32,000 nucleotides of DNA from Synechocystis sp. PCC 6803 substr. PCC-P (lineage in GTDB: Bacteria > Cyanobacteriota > Cyanobacteriia > Cyanobacteriales > Microcystaceae). Location: assembly GCF_000284455.1 (NCBI RefSeq), contig NC_017039.1:480001-512000 (forward strand). The letters run 5' to 3'. Made by a program: the position numbers and the translations under genes. This document shows, in pieces, positions 1-9,823 of this stretch. Every line of letters begins with the position of its first letter. Within the stretch, counting starts at the first letter, position 1. The notes below the pieces were generated by a model that saw only the letters and a list, made by a program, of their open reading frames with translations, was not told where the DNA came from and searched no databases.

Positions 1-2362
1 CATGTTGATGGCGCAAAATAGCTTCCTGGGCAATTACACCTAAATCAGAACCTTGGATGCGGGAAGAAGTGCGGCAGAAATATTCATCAATCACACTCTG
101 ATTTAAGCCCACCGCTTCAAAAATTTGGGCACCTCGGTAACTTTGGATGGTGGAAATGCCGATTTTAGAAGCAACTTTAATTACCCCTTTGGTGGCGGCT
201 TTGATATAGTTTTTGCAAGCGGTTTTGTGATCCACATTAACCAGTAAACCTTCGGCGATCATACCGTCCAAAGTTTCAAAAGCTAAGTAAGGATTAATGG
301 CTCCACAACCGTAACCGAGTAGGACAGCAAAATGATGCACTTCCCTCGGTTCCCCAGATTCCAATACTAGACCCACCTTGGTACGGGAACCGTTGCGAAT
401 CAAATGGTGATGTAACCCCGACACCGCCAGCAGAGCAGGGATAGCCGCTTTTTCCGCACTAACTTGGCGATCGCTGAGAATGATTAGGTTAGCTCCTTGG
501 GAAATGGCCTGGTCAGCTTCCGTAAACAAATTATCTAACGCAGTTTTAAGGCCCGCTTCCCCTTGGTTCGGATCAAACAAAATGTCTAGGGTGACGGATT
601 TAAATTCATCGTCGTCTAACGCTTTGAGCTTAGCTAGATCTTCGTTGGTTAAAATGGGAGTTTTCAACTCAATTAAGCGGCAACTTTCTGGCCGAGGATC
701 AAGCAAATTACCTTCACCACCAATGGTGGTTTCTGCGGAAGTAATAATTTCTTCCCGAATGGAATCAATGGGGGGATTGGTAACCTGGGCAAATAATTGT
801 TGGAAATAGTTGTAGAGTAATTTGGGCTTGTCAGATAGTACAGCCAACGGAGTATCCGCCCCCATGGAACCGATCGCCTCCACCCCATCCCGACCCATGG
901 GAGCTAGGAGAATACGCAATTCCTCAAAGGTGTAACCAAAGGCCATTTGCCGTTGCCGTAAACTTTCTGCATCGGTGCCAGGAACATTGCCGGGGGAGGG
1001 TAATTGCTCCAGGGATTTCAAATTAGCCGCTAGCCATTCACCGTAGGGATGCTGACTGACAATCTCCTGCTTAATTTCTTCGTCGGCAATGATGCGCCCC
1101 TGTTCCATATCCACCAAGAACATCCGCCCTGGTTGTAGGCGACCTTTCTTGGCCACCCGCTCCGGTTCAATGGGCAATACTCCTGCTTCGGAGGCCATAA
1201 TCACCAGATCATCTTTGGTGACGTAGTAGCGGGAAGGACGCAAACCATTACGATCCAACACTGCCCCCATCATTTTGCCGTTGGTGAAGGCAATGGAGGC
1301 CGGGCCATCCCAGGGTTCCATCAAACAGGAATGGTATTTATAAAACGCTTTCTTTTCCTGACTCATGGATTCGTGGGCACTCCAGGGTTCGGGAATCATC
1401 ATCATCACCGCATGGGGTAGGGAGCGGCCAGCCAGATAAAGCAGTTCCAACGCATTATCAAAAATGGTGGAATCACTGCCGTCAATGTTAATCACCGGCT
1501 GAACCTTGGCCATATCTTCCCCAAACAGGGACGATTCAAACAGGGCCTGGCGGGCCTGCATCCAGTTGACGTTGCCCCGCATGGTATTGATTTCGCCATT
1601 ATGGGCAATGTAGCGGTAGGGGTGGGAGCGCTCCCAACTGGGAAAGGTATTAGTGCTAAAGCGGGAATGGACAAGGGCCAGGGCACTTTCCATGTCCGGG
1701 TCATGCAATTCCGGATAATACTGCCCCACCTGGGCTGTGGTCAGCATCCCCTTATAAACCAACGTCCGAGCCGATAAACTAGCCACATACCAATAGGTAT
1801 CAATTTTCGGCGATCGGATTGCCCCGTGGGTCAACTTACGGATTACGTATAATTTGCGCTCAAAGTCCAGGTCATCAGTCAAGCCTTCCGGCCGGGCAAT
1901 GTAAACCTGTTGCATAAACGGTTCACTGGCGATCGCCGTTTCCCCCAGGGGTTCGTTCTGAGTAGGAATGTCCCGCCAACCCAAAACTTTTAAGCCTTCT
2001 TGGGCAACAATGTCATTGAATTTTTGACGAGCTTCAGCCCTGGCCAATGGATCGGGGGAACCGTAAATGTTGCCCACGGCATACTGCCCCGGAGCAGGAA
2101 TGGTGATGCCTTCCGCCCCGGCTATTTTTTGGATAAATTTATGGGGAACTTGGATTAAAATACCGGCCCCATCCCCGGTGTTTGGTTCACAGCCACAGGC
2201 CCCCCGATGCTCCAAATTAACCAACATTTGCAGGCCCTGCTCCACAATATCGTGGGAAACTTTGCCCTTCATCTGCACAATAAAACCTACCCCACAGGCA
2301 TCATGTTCATTTTGCGGATCGTAAAGACCTTGGACTTGGGGGGCGAGGTGAGAGCTGTTCAT
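1..2362 (-). CDS. gltB: Glutamate synthase (GOGAT) large subunit, N-terminal part; gene continues past the left edge
   Basis: Minus-strand frame from ATG at 2362 reads [71 protein letters not shown], the class II glutamine amidotransferase N-terminus of GOGAT. Missing from the ORF track because it runs off the window. Confidence 0.95.
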
Positions 2363-2524
2363 AGGACTGGTAACCGTACAAAAGTTTGGAACGAGGGGGT
2401 GAAGACCTTCGTGGCAGGGCATTCCCCGGTTTTTGAATTGTAGCGGTCATTACGGGGGGGAGGTAGGTTTCCTTAATGAATCTATTAAGTTTTGCTCAAA
2501 TTTCAGATTCTTTGTCGAGAAAAG

Positions 2525-2538
2525 GTAACAAATTTAAC
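2525..2538. promoter_or_regulatory. Possible weak NtcA-like site upstream of gltB
   Basis: GTAACAAATTTAAC matches GTA-N8-TAC except for one base in the right half-site, about 165 bp upstream of the gltB start. Confidence 0.15.
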
Positions 2539-2643
2539 TATTTTGTTGTGGTTAGTTCCAGCGTTGAACAATTCCCCCTAAATAATGTCTAAAAGCCATC
2601 AGTTAAACTGAAGGTCAGTCCCTAGCTGCTGGAGACCACCGCT

Positions 2644-3301
2644 ATGAGCGTAGCCCTAGATCGGCAAATAGTTTATCCCGACAGTGATGGACAACCCATG
2701 GCTGACAACACCAAGCAATTCAGTTGGATTGTTCTATTAAAAGAAAATCTGGAGTGTCTTTTTGCTAATAACTCCGATGTTTTTGTGGCGGGGGATCTGC
2801 TCTGATATCCCGTGGAGGGTAAGCCAGAAATCCGGGTTGCCCCCGATGTTTTTGTCGTTTTGGGCCGACCTAAGGGCGATCGGGGCTCCTACCGTCAATG
2901 GCAGGAAGGTAATCAACCGCCCCAAGTGGTATTTGAGGTGCTATCCCCCGGTAATCGTCTGAAGGAGATGAACAAAAAAAGAGACTTTGTATGATTTTTA
3001 CGGCGTAGAGGAATACTATGTCTATGACCCAGATAATAATGAACTGGTGGGTTTGCAACGGTGGCAGGGTAAGTTAACGGTCATTGATGAAGTGGAGTAT
3101 TGGACGAGTCCCCTTTTAGGCATCCATTTTGAACTTACCCCGGAGAATTTACAGATTTTCTATCCCGATCGCCGTCCATTTTTAAGCACTGTGGCTCTGG
3201 CGGCGTTGACGGAACAGGCGGAAAAACGGGCAGAGTTAGCTGAGGCGGAAAATGCTCGCTTGAAGGAGTTACTACGGCAGGCAGGGGTCATTGAGTTTTA
3301 A
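2644..3301 (+). pseudogene. Decayed Uma2/DUF820-family (restriction-endonuclease-like fold) gene
   Basis: Conceptual product MSVALDRQIVYPDSDGQPMADNTKQFSW...DVFVAGDLL*YPVEGKPEIRVAPDVFVVLGRPKGDRGSYRQWQEGNQPPQVVFEVLSPGNRLKEMNKK[fs]LYDFYGVEEYYVYDPDNNELVGLQRW... follows the family pattern, with an in-frame TGA and a frame change at an A7 run near 2974-2980. Confidence 0.85.
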
Positions 3302-3427
3302 CCTCGGCGGGCTTTGACTTTAAATCCATTCTAATCACACTAGCCAAATCAACTGGCCACTAACCCGCCTTCGTTACCGGGGAAATTGTTTAAGGTGGAG
3401 TAAAAAGGAACGCAATCAATTGGCGCT

Positions 3428-4666
3428 ATGTTGATCCCATTTCTGTTTAAGCTTACCCTCCCCTTGGCCAGCGGCATTGCCCTCTCAAGCTGTGGAACGT
3501 TACCGGAGGCCGACCTTGGAACCGCAGCAGGAAATCAAACTTCTTCTGAGCCGACCAATTCGGTGGAGATTGTGCAAGCTAATCAACCGGAGATTAAAGC
3601 AGTGCCAGTGATCGATGGTTTAGAACATCCCTGGGGTATGGCTTGGCTACCCAATGGCGACATTTTAATTACCGAACGGCCGGGGCGACTCCGCATTGTC
3701 CGTGATGGCGTTTTAGATCCAGAGGCGATCGCCGGGGTGGTGGCAGTTTCCACGGTTTCTGCCCAACAACTGTTTGCTTCCCAACAGGGGGGCTTACTGG
3801 ATATTGCCTTGCATCCCCGTTTTGCAGAAAATCGCTTTGTCTATTTCACCTACTCCCACGGCACCCAACAGGCCAATCGCACTAGGGTGGCCCGGGCAGT
3901 TTTTGATGGAGAAAAACTGACGGATTGGCAAGTCATCTTTGAAGTGGGACAAACTAAACCCGGCGGTCAGCACTTTGGCTCCCGCTTAACTTGGTTGCCG
4001 GACGAAACTCTTTTGGTTTCCATTGGCGACGGCGGTAATCCCCCGGTGGAATTGGAGGGAGATTTTATCCGTCAACAGGCCCAAAATCGGGCTAGTCACC
4101 TTGGGAAAATTATTCGCATCAATGACGATGGCACCGTGCCTGCCGATAATCCTTTTCGCAACGACCCCAAGGCGGCCCCGGAAGTTTGGAGCTACGGCCA
4201 TCGCAATATCCAGGGCTTGGCCTATGATCCCGTTACCCAAAAGGTATGGGCTACGGAGCACGGCTCTAGGGGCGGTGATGAACTGAATTTAATTCAAAAA
4301 GGAAAAAACTACGGTTGGCCGGTGGTGTCCTTCAGTAAAGAATACAGTACAGACCAGCCCGTTGCTCCGGCCACATCCCGCCCTGACATGGTGGATCCTC
4401 TCCAGATTTGGACTCCGGCTATTGCCCCTTCCGGTTTAACCATCTACAACGGCGATCGCCATCCAGAGTGGCAGGGAACCATTTTTGCTGGGGGGTTAGT
4501 GGACAGGGGCATCCGCCATTTACGGCTCGATGAAAATAACCAAATTATCGATGAAACCACTATTTCTATTGGCCAAAGGGTGAGGGATGTGCGCCAAGGC
4601 CCCGATGGCCATGTTTATGTTTTAACTGATCAAAATAATGGGCAATTACTGCGACTGGAATCGTAA
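3428..4666 (+). CDS. PQQ-dependent glucose/sorbosone dehydrogenase family protein, probable lipoprotein
   Basis: 412-aa ORF with N-terminal lipobox-like LASGIALSSCG and sGDH/YliI-like motifs (GLEHPWGMAWLPNGDILITERPGRLR, HPRF, NPFRNDPKAAPEVWSYGHRNIQGLAYDP, EHGSRGGDELN). Confidence 0.85.
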   Translation: MLIPFLFKLTLPLASGIALSSCGTLPEADLGTAAGNQTSSEPTNSVEIVQANQPEIKAVPVIDGLEHPWGMAWLPNGDILITERPGRLRIVRDGVLDPEAIAGVVAVSTVSAQQLFASQQGGLLDIALHPRFAENRFVYFTYSHGTQQANRTRVARAVFDGEKLTDWQVIFEVGQTKPGGQHFGSRLTWLPDETLLVSIGDGGNPPVELEGDFIRQQAQNRASHLGKIIRINDDGTVPADNPFRNDPKAAPEVWSYGHRNIQGLAYDPVTQKVWATEHGSRGGDELNLIQKGKNYGWPVVSFSKEYSTDQPVAPATSRPDMVDPLQIWTPAIAPSGLTIYNGDRHPEWQGTIFAGGLVDRGIRHLRLDENNQIIDETTISIGQRVRDVRQGPDGHVYVLTDQNNGQLLRLES

Positions 4667-4717
4667 ATCCACTGACTAAAGCTCCAGCAATAATCTAATT
4701 TCTTCCCCAAAAACTAT

Positions 4718-4760
4718 CCGCTCTCCCAAACGCTGACTTGCAGCAATTTTAGGAGAGCGG
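4718..4760. terminator. Possible hairpin between two convergent genes
   Basis: Perfect 9-bp inverted repeat CCGCTCTCC (4718-4726) / GGAGAGCGG (4752-4760) with a 25-nt spacer. No strong U-tract. Confidence 0.3.
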
Positions 4761-4900
4761 TCTAGGGGGTCAGCTTGGTTGAAACCTGACTGCCGGAAGG
4801 AACTTTAAACGTAGCTAATTCGGATTTTTGGGAATAGTTACTCTAAAGAACGGCCCCGGCCCACAGCCGGCTAACTTCAACCAAACGACCCAGGCACATA

Positions 4901-6349
4901 CTACTCTCTACCATGGGCATCACCTCCTGTATTCCTTAACGGTACTGACTTAAAGGGTGGATGCTTCCCAAGGTAACTCAACTTTTTTTGAAAGGCAAGA
5001 CAAGCGGCTCGGAATTTTTCCACGGTGGAAATTTGACTGCCCCAATGGAGGTGGAGATAGGAAGCCTGAACAGACCCTACACACCATCCATCCGTTGTGT
5101 TTTGGTCTATGGCCAGTAGTCCCCGTTGGCGGTAGAGAGCTTGGTTAGGGAGTTTCGTCATCTGGGAACGGTGAAATTCATGGCCTCGTAGGGATTCTGT
5201 TTGCCATAACCAACTGTGGGAATTAACCACCTGGGCTTGGCGGTATCCCAAACTGAGTTTTCCCCCCATGGTGACGGCGGTGGGTAACATTTCCAGCATG
5301 GGAAAAATTTGTCCCTCAAAGTTAGTTAGGCTTTGGCTTAGGTACATTAAACCGCCACACTCTCCGTAGGTGGGCAATCCCTGGTGAATTAGGGTTTTGA
5401 GTTGATCTTTTAAGGCTTGATTTTGGCTTAATTGCTCGGCAAAAAGTTCGGGAAAGCCACCACCAAGGTAAACCCCATCGATCGCCGGCGGAAGTTCGGT
5501 ATCTTCTAGGGGGCTAAAGGGAATGAGTTCAAAACCACAGTGGGTGAGCAAATCTAGGTTATCAGCGTAGTAAAAGTTAAACGCTTGATCTTGGGCGATC
5601 GCCAACCGGGCTTGGGGAGATTTTTGGGGAACATCAAACAAGCTCATAGGACTGGGCAAATTCCTGGGGGTTTCCAAGAGCGGGAGAAGTTTGGGCCAAT
5701 CCAATTGCTGGGCGGCCACATGGGCTAACTGGTCAAAATATTGCTGAATTTGGGGTAACTCACCACACGGAACTAAACCCAAATGGCGATCGGGCAGAGT
5801 TAAATCCTGCTGACGAAAAAATACCCCCAGAATGGGAATACGCAAGGGTTCCAACGCAATTTTGAGCAATTCTAAATGGCGATCACCCCCTACCCGGTTA
5901 AGAATTACCCCGACTAAATTTACCCCCGGTTGCCAATGGCGATAACCCTGGACAATGGCGGCAACGGAACCGGATAAACGCTGGCAATCCATCACAAAAA
6001 CGATGGGCAAATTGAGCAAGCGAGCAATGTGGGCAGTGGAACTGTAATCGGTCAAACCTTGGTAGGGCACCCCGTCAAATAAGCCCATTACCCCTTCAAT
6101 CAAACTGTAGGGAGTGCCTTGGCTGTGGTAGTGGAAACACCTTTGTACATAGGCTTCGGAAGTTAAAAAGGGGTCTAGGTTACGACAAGGCCGCCCCGTA
6201 ATTTGGCTGTGGAACATGGGGTCAATGTAGTCCGGCCCCACTTTGAAGGACTGCACCCTTAGTTTTTGCCGGGCCAGGTAGGCCAACATGGCCAGGGTGA
6301 TGGTGGTTTTGCCGGCACCGCTTCTTTCCCCCGCAATAATTACCGTCAT
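4901..6349 (-). CDS. cobB: Cobyrinic acid a,c-diamide synthase
   Basis: 482 aa; P-loop IIAGERSGAGKTTITLAML, FKVGPDYIDPMFH, and C-terminal glutaminase-like GLPTYGECGGLMYL, typical of CbiA/CobB. Confidence 0.92.
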   Translation of the reverse strand: MTVIIAGERSGAGKTTITLAMLAYLARQKLRVQSFKVGPDYIDPMFHSQITGRPCRNLDPFLTSEAYVQRCFHYHSQGTPYSLIEGVMGLFDGVPYQGLTDYSSTAHIARLLNLPIVFVMDCQRLSGSVAAIVQGYRHWQPGVNLVGVILNRVGGDRHLELLKIALEPLRIPILGVFFRQQDLTLPDRHLGLVPCGELPQIQQYFDQLAHVAAQQLDWPKLLPLLETPRNLPSPMSLFDVPQKSPQARLAIAQDQAFNFYYADNLDLLTHCGFELIPFSPLEDTELPPAIDGVYLGGGFPELFAEQLSQNQALKDQLKTLIHQGLPTYGECGGLMYLSQSLTNFEGQIFPMLEMLPTAVTMGGKLSLGYRQAQVVNSHSWLWQTESLRGHEFHRSQMTKLPNQALYRQRGLLAIDQNTTDGWCVGSVQASYLHLHWGSQISTVEKFRAACLAFQKKLSYLGKHPPFKSVPLRNTGGDAHGRE

Positions 6350-7455
6350 TGTTGTTTTTTTTCCTTGACCTGTCCCAATTCCCGGGTAATTAAATTTTCA
6401 ATTAACTCTAGCAACTGTTCCTGACCCCAATTTTTGTAAAGGTGGGCGGCGATCGCCATGGCCCCGGCCCCCACCCCTTCTTTGACAAAGCCCTGTTCAT
6501 AGACCTGCAGTTGAGGATAAACCGACGATGAAAAACTGAGTTGCGGAGCTAGTAGGGACACTGGGGCAAGCAAATTTGCCAGACCCACCGTATCACCACT
6601 GGCATCTTCGCAGACCCATTTGGTTGTACCCACCACTAGGCGGGAAAAATCCACTGCTAGATTCTGTTGTCGAGTCAAGGCTTGGATCAGGGCATATACC
6701 GCCAACATCTGGGTTCCCCCGGCTAACATCACCCCCGTGCTATGACTAGCGGCGATCGCCATACCGGCCACGACCATTTGCATTGGATCCCCAACGGCGG
6801 CCACAACTTCCATGGCATTGAGATGCGGGGAATGATGTTCTAGACTCTGACGCACCAAAGCCAATTTTTGTTGATGGTTGCAATGGGGATGACTACTGTT
6901 CACTTTGCCCCCAGCGTCAATGCCTAGACCTAGCAGTACCCCCAGGGCTGTGGTAGTGCCCCCCACCACGCATTCGCTTAGCACTAAGTAACTTTCGGCA
7001 TGTTCCTGGGCTAACTGTGCGCCCCACTGCAAACCCTGCTGAAAAAGATGCTCCACCAGGGCCAACGGTAACGCTTGCCCTGTGGAAAGACAGCGGGCGG
7101 GTTGTCCGTCTAGATTGATGACTGGCACCGCTGGGGGAATGGGTAAACCAGAGTTAAATAAATAAACCGGAGTATGGAGGGCATCCACCAACGCTTTGGT
7201 GATGAACACTGGGGAAACCCCAGAAATGAGGGGAGGTAAGGGATAGGTTGCCCCTGCCGTAGTTCCCTTGATTAAAAATTCCGCATCGGCGATCGCCGTC
7301 AATTTTCGATCAGCGGGGGTTTTACCCGCCGCAGAAATGCCCGGAATTAAACCAGTTTCCGTAAAGCCCAACACACAGACAAACACCGGTGGACAGTGGC
7401 CATGGCGCTCAATCCAGGATAAAGCTTGGTCAGACTGGGTATAAACTGTCAACAT
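6346..7455 (-). CDS. CobT-like nicotinate-nucleotide-dimethylbenzimidazole phosphoribosyltransferase family protein
   Basis: 369 aa from ATG at 7455 (MLTVYTQ...); VVGGTTTALGVLLGLGIDAGGKVNSSHPHCNHQQKL, VAAVGDPMQMVVAGMAIAAS, MLAGGTQMLAVYALI. The track start at 7521 is a TTG. Overlaps cobB by 4 nt (ATGA). Confidence 0.85.
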   Translation of the reverse strand: MLTVYTQSDQALSWIERHGHCPPVFVCVLGFTETGLIPGISAAGKTPADRKLTAIADAEFLIKGTTAGATYPLPPLISGVSPVFITKALVDALHTPVYLFNSGLPIPPAVPVINLDGQPARCLSTGQALPLALVEHLFQQGLQWGAQLAQEHAESYLVLSECVVGGTTTALGVLLGLGIDAGGKVNSSHPHCNHQQKLALVRQSLEHHSPHLNAMEVVAAVGDPMQMVVAGMAIAASHSTGVMLAGGTQMLAVYALIQALTRQQNLAVDFSRLVVGTTKWVCEDASGDTVGLANLLAPVSLLAPQLSFSSSVYPQLQVYEQGFVKEGVGAGAMAIAAHLYKNWGQEQLLELIENLITRELGQVKEKKQQ

Positions 7456-7568
7456 ATTTCTGCAAGAGTGGGCCCAATTGGGAAAATCAACCTCAAATCC
7501 ATTGGAATAGCCTTTTTTCAACCGTAAAAATCCAACTTTCTCTCTTCCCTTCTTCCTTCCATCTGATT

Positions 7569-9479
7569 ATGGTTACGCCAATTAACTACCATTCCATCCA
7601 TTGCCTGGCGGATATCTGGGCTATCACCGGAGAAAATTTTGCCGATATTGTGGCCCTCAACGATCGCCATAGTCATCCCCCCGTAACTTTAACCTATGCC
7701 CAATTGCGGGAAGAAATTACAGCTTTTGCCGCTGGCCTACAGAGTTTAGGAGTTACCCCCCATCAACACCTGGCCATTTTCGCCGACAACAGCCCCCGGT
7801 GGTTTATCGCCGATCAAGGCAGTATGTTGGCTGGAGCCGTCAACGCCGTCCGTTCTGCCCAAGCAGAGCGCCAGGAATTACTCTACATCCTAGAAGACAG
7901 CAACAGCCGTACTTTAATCGCAGAAAATCGGCAAACCCTAAGCAAATTGGCCCTAGATGGCGAAACCATTGACCTGAAACTAATCATCCTCCTCACCGAT
8001 GAAGAAGTGGCAGAGGACAGCGCCATTCCCCAATATAACTTTGCCCAGGTCATGGCCCTAGGGGCCGGCAAAATCCCCACTCCCGTTCCCCGCCAGGAAG
8101 AAGATTTAGCCACCCTGATCTACACCTCCGGCACCACAGGACAACCCAAAGGGGTGATGCTCAGCCACGGTAATTTATTGCACCAAGTACGGGAATTGGA
8201 TTCGGTGATTATTCCCCGCCCCGGCGATCAGGTGTTGAGCATTTTGCCCTGTTGGCACTCCCTAGAAAGAAGCGCCGAATATTTTCTTCTTTCCCGGGGC
8301 TGCACGATGAACTACACCAGCATTCGCCATTTCAAGGGGGATGTGAAGGACATTAAACCCCATCACATTGTCGGTGTGCCCCGGCTGTGGGAATCCCTCT
8401 ACGAAGGGGTACAAAAAACGTTCCGGGAAAAGTCCCCTGGGCAACAAAAGCTAATTAATTTCTTTTTCGGCATTTCCCAAAAATATATTTTGGCCAAACG
8501 CATTGCCAATAACCTGAGCTTGAACCATCTCCACGCTTCGGCGATCGCCAGGTTGGTGGCCCGGTGCCAAGCCTTGGTGCTTAGTCCTCTCCATTACCTC
8601 GGGGACAAAATTGTCTACCATAAGGTACGCCAGGCCGCTGGGGGCAGACTGGAAACTCTCATTTCCGGAGGAGGGGCGTTAGCTAGACATTTAGATGATT
8701 TTTACGAAATCACCAGCATTCCCGTCCTGGTGGGCTATGGCTTAACGGAAACGGCCCCAGTAACTAATGCCAGGGTGCATAAACATAATTTGCGCTATTC
8801 CTCTGGCCGCCCCATTCCTTTCACAGAAATTCGTATTGTTGACATGGAAACCAAGGAGGATTTGCCCCCCGAAACCCAAGGTCTTGTGCTAATCCGTGGT
8901 CCCCAGGTGATGCAGGGCTATTACAACAAGCCGGAAGCCACCGCCAAAGTTTTAGACCAGGAAGGCTGGTTCGACAGCGGTGACTTAGGCTGGGTAACGC
9001 CCCAAAATGATTTGATTCTCACCGGTCGGGCCAAGGACACCATTGTGCTCAGTAACGGGGAAAATGTGGAACCCCAACCCATTGAAGATGCCTGTTTACG
9101 CAGTGCCTACATTGACCAGATTATGCTGGTGGGCCAGGATCAAAAATCCTTGGGGGCTTTGATTGTGCCCAACTTCGATGCATTGCAAAAATGGGCAGAG
9201 ACGAAAAATTTACAAATCACCGTGCCGGAACCGTCGGCTAGCAGTGAAGGGATGCAGGCTAGTGGTTTGTATGACCCCCAAGTGGTGGGGTTAATGCGGT
9301 CGGAGTTGCATCGGGAAGTGCGCGATCGCCCTGGCTACCGAGCCGATGACCAGATTAAGGATTTCCGTTTTATCCCAGCACCATTTTCCCTGGAAAACGG
9401 CATGATGACCCAAACCTTGAAGCTCAAACGACCAGTGGTAACCCAAACTTATCAACATTTAATTGACGAAATGTTTTAA
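7569..9479 (+). CDS. aas: Long-chain acyl-ACP synthetase / fatty acid-CoA ligase
   Basis: 636 aa from ATG at 7569; AMP-binding motif LIYTSGTTGQPKGVMLSH, LVGYGLTETAP, and GWFDSGDLGWVTPQNDLILTGRAKDTIVLSNGENVEP. Confidence 0.93.
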   Translation: MVTPINYHSIHCLADIWAITGENFADIVALNDRHSHPPVTLTYAQLREEITAFAAGLQSLGVTPHQHLAIFADNSPRWFIADQGSMLAGAVNAVRSAQAERQELLYILEDSNSRTLIAENRQTLSKLALDGETIDLKLIILLTDEEVAEDSAIPQYNFAQVMALGAGKIPTPVPRQEEDLATLIYTSGTTGQPKGVMLSHGNLLHQVRELDSVIIPRPGDQVLSILPCWHSLERSAEYFLLSRGCTMNYTSIRHFKGDVKDIKPHHIVGVPRLWESLYEGVQKTFREKSPGQQKLINFFFGISQKYILAKRIANNLSLNHLHASAIARLVARCQALVLSPLHYLGDKIVYHKVRQAAGGRLETLISGGGALARHLDDFYEITSIPVLVGYGLTETAPVTNARVHKHNLRYSSGRPIPFTEIRIVDMETKEDLPPETQGLVLIRGPQVMQGYYNKPEATAKVLDQEGWFDSGDLGWVTPQNDLILTGRAKDTIVLSNGENVEPQPIEDACLRSAYIDQIMLVGQDQKSLGALIVPNFDALQKWAETKNLQITVPEPSASSEGMQASGLYDPQVVGLMRSELHREVRDRPGYRADDQIKDFRFIPAPFSLENGMMTQTLKLKRPVVTQTYQHLIDEMF

Positions 9480-9589
9480 GAACCTGTTTATAAAGTCTGA
9501 TTCTGCCCCCTAAATCCCCCAATACTGGGGGACTTTGACTTAGTTTCCCCCCAAACTTGGGGGGCCAGGGGGGCTTTTCAAACACGATC
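9480..9589 (-). mobile_element. 110-bp MITE-like element, copy A
   Basis: 106/110 identical to the reverse complement of 16313-16422; imperfect terminal inverted repeats; flanked by TAA at 9477-9479 and 9590-9592. The orientation label is arbitrary. Confidence 0.8.
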
Positions 9590-9823
9590 TAAGGCCTATG
9601 GGTAAACTTTTAGTCAGGCCTATCTCTTGAGAAAGACCCTTCCCAGCCTCCCCTAATCGGGGGAAGTGCCTCGAGCTCTGCAAAGGCGGTGGGGTAAATA
9701 AAATGCTTGACTCAATTTCTCCCGTGGGTGGGTTAAGGCTAAGAGGGAAAACCCTAGCTTTGGTTGGCGAGTAAGCTTGCGGCAAGTTCGATAAGATATA
9801 CACATCAATCTTGTGAAAACGCC

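Noticed and set aside
480-2443. Plus- and minus-strand small ORFs in the track within the left 2.4 kb (e.g. 480-809, 673-888, 2067-2324)
   Set aside because: They overlap the strong gltB reading frame on the minus strand and have no recognisable protein features.
9540-9803. 87-aa plus-strand ORF downstream of the acyl-ACP synthetase
   Set aside because: Largely overlaps the MITE-like element and noncoding spacer, with Pro/Gly-rich low-complexity translation.
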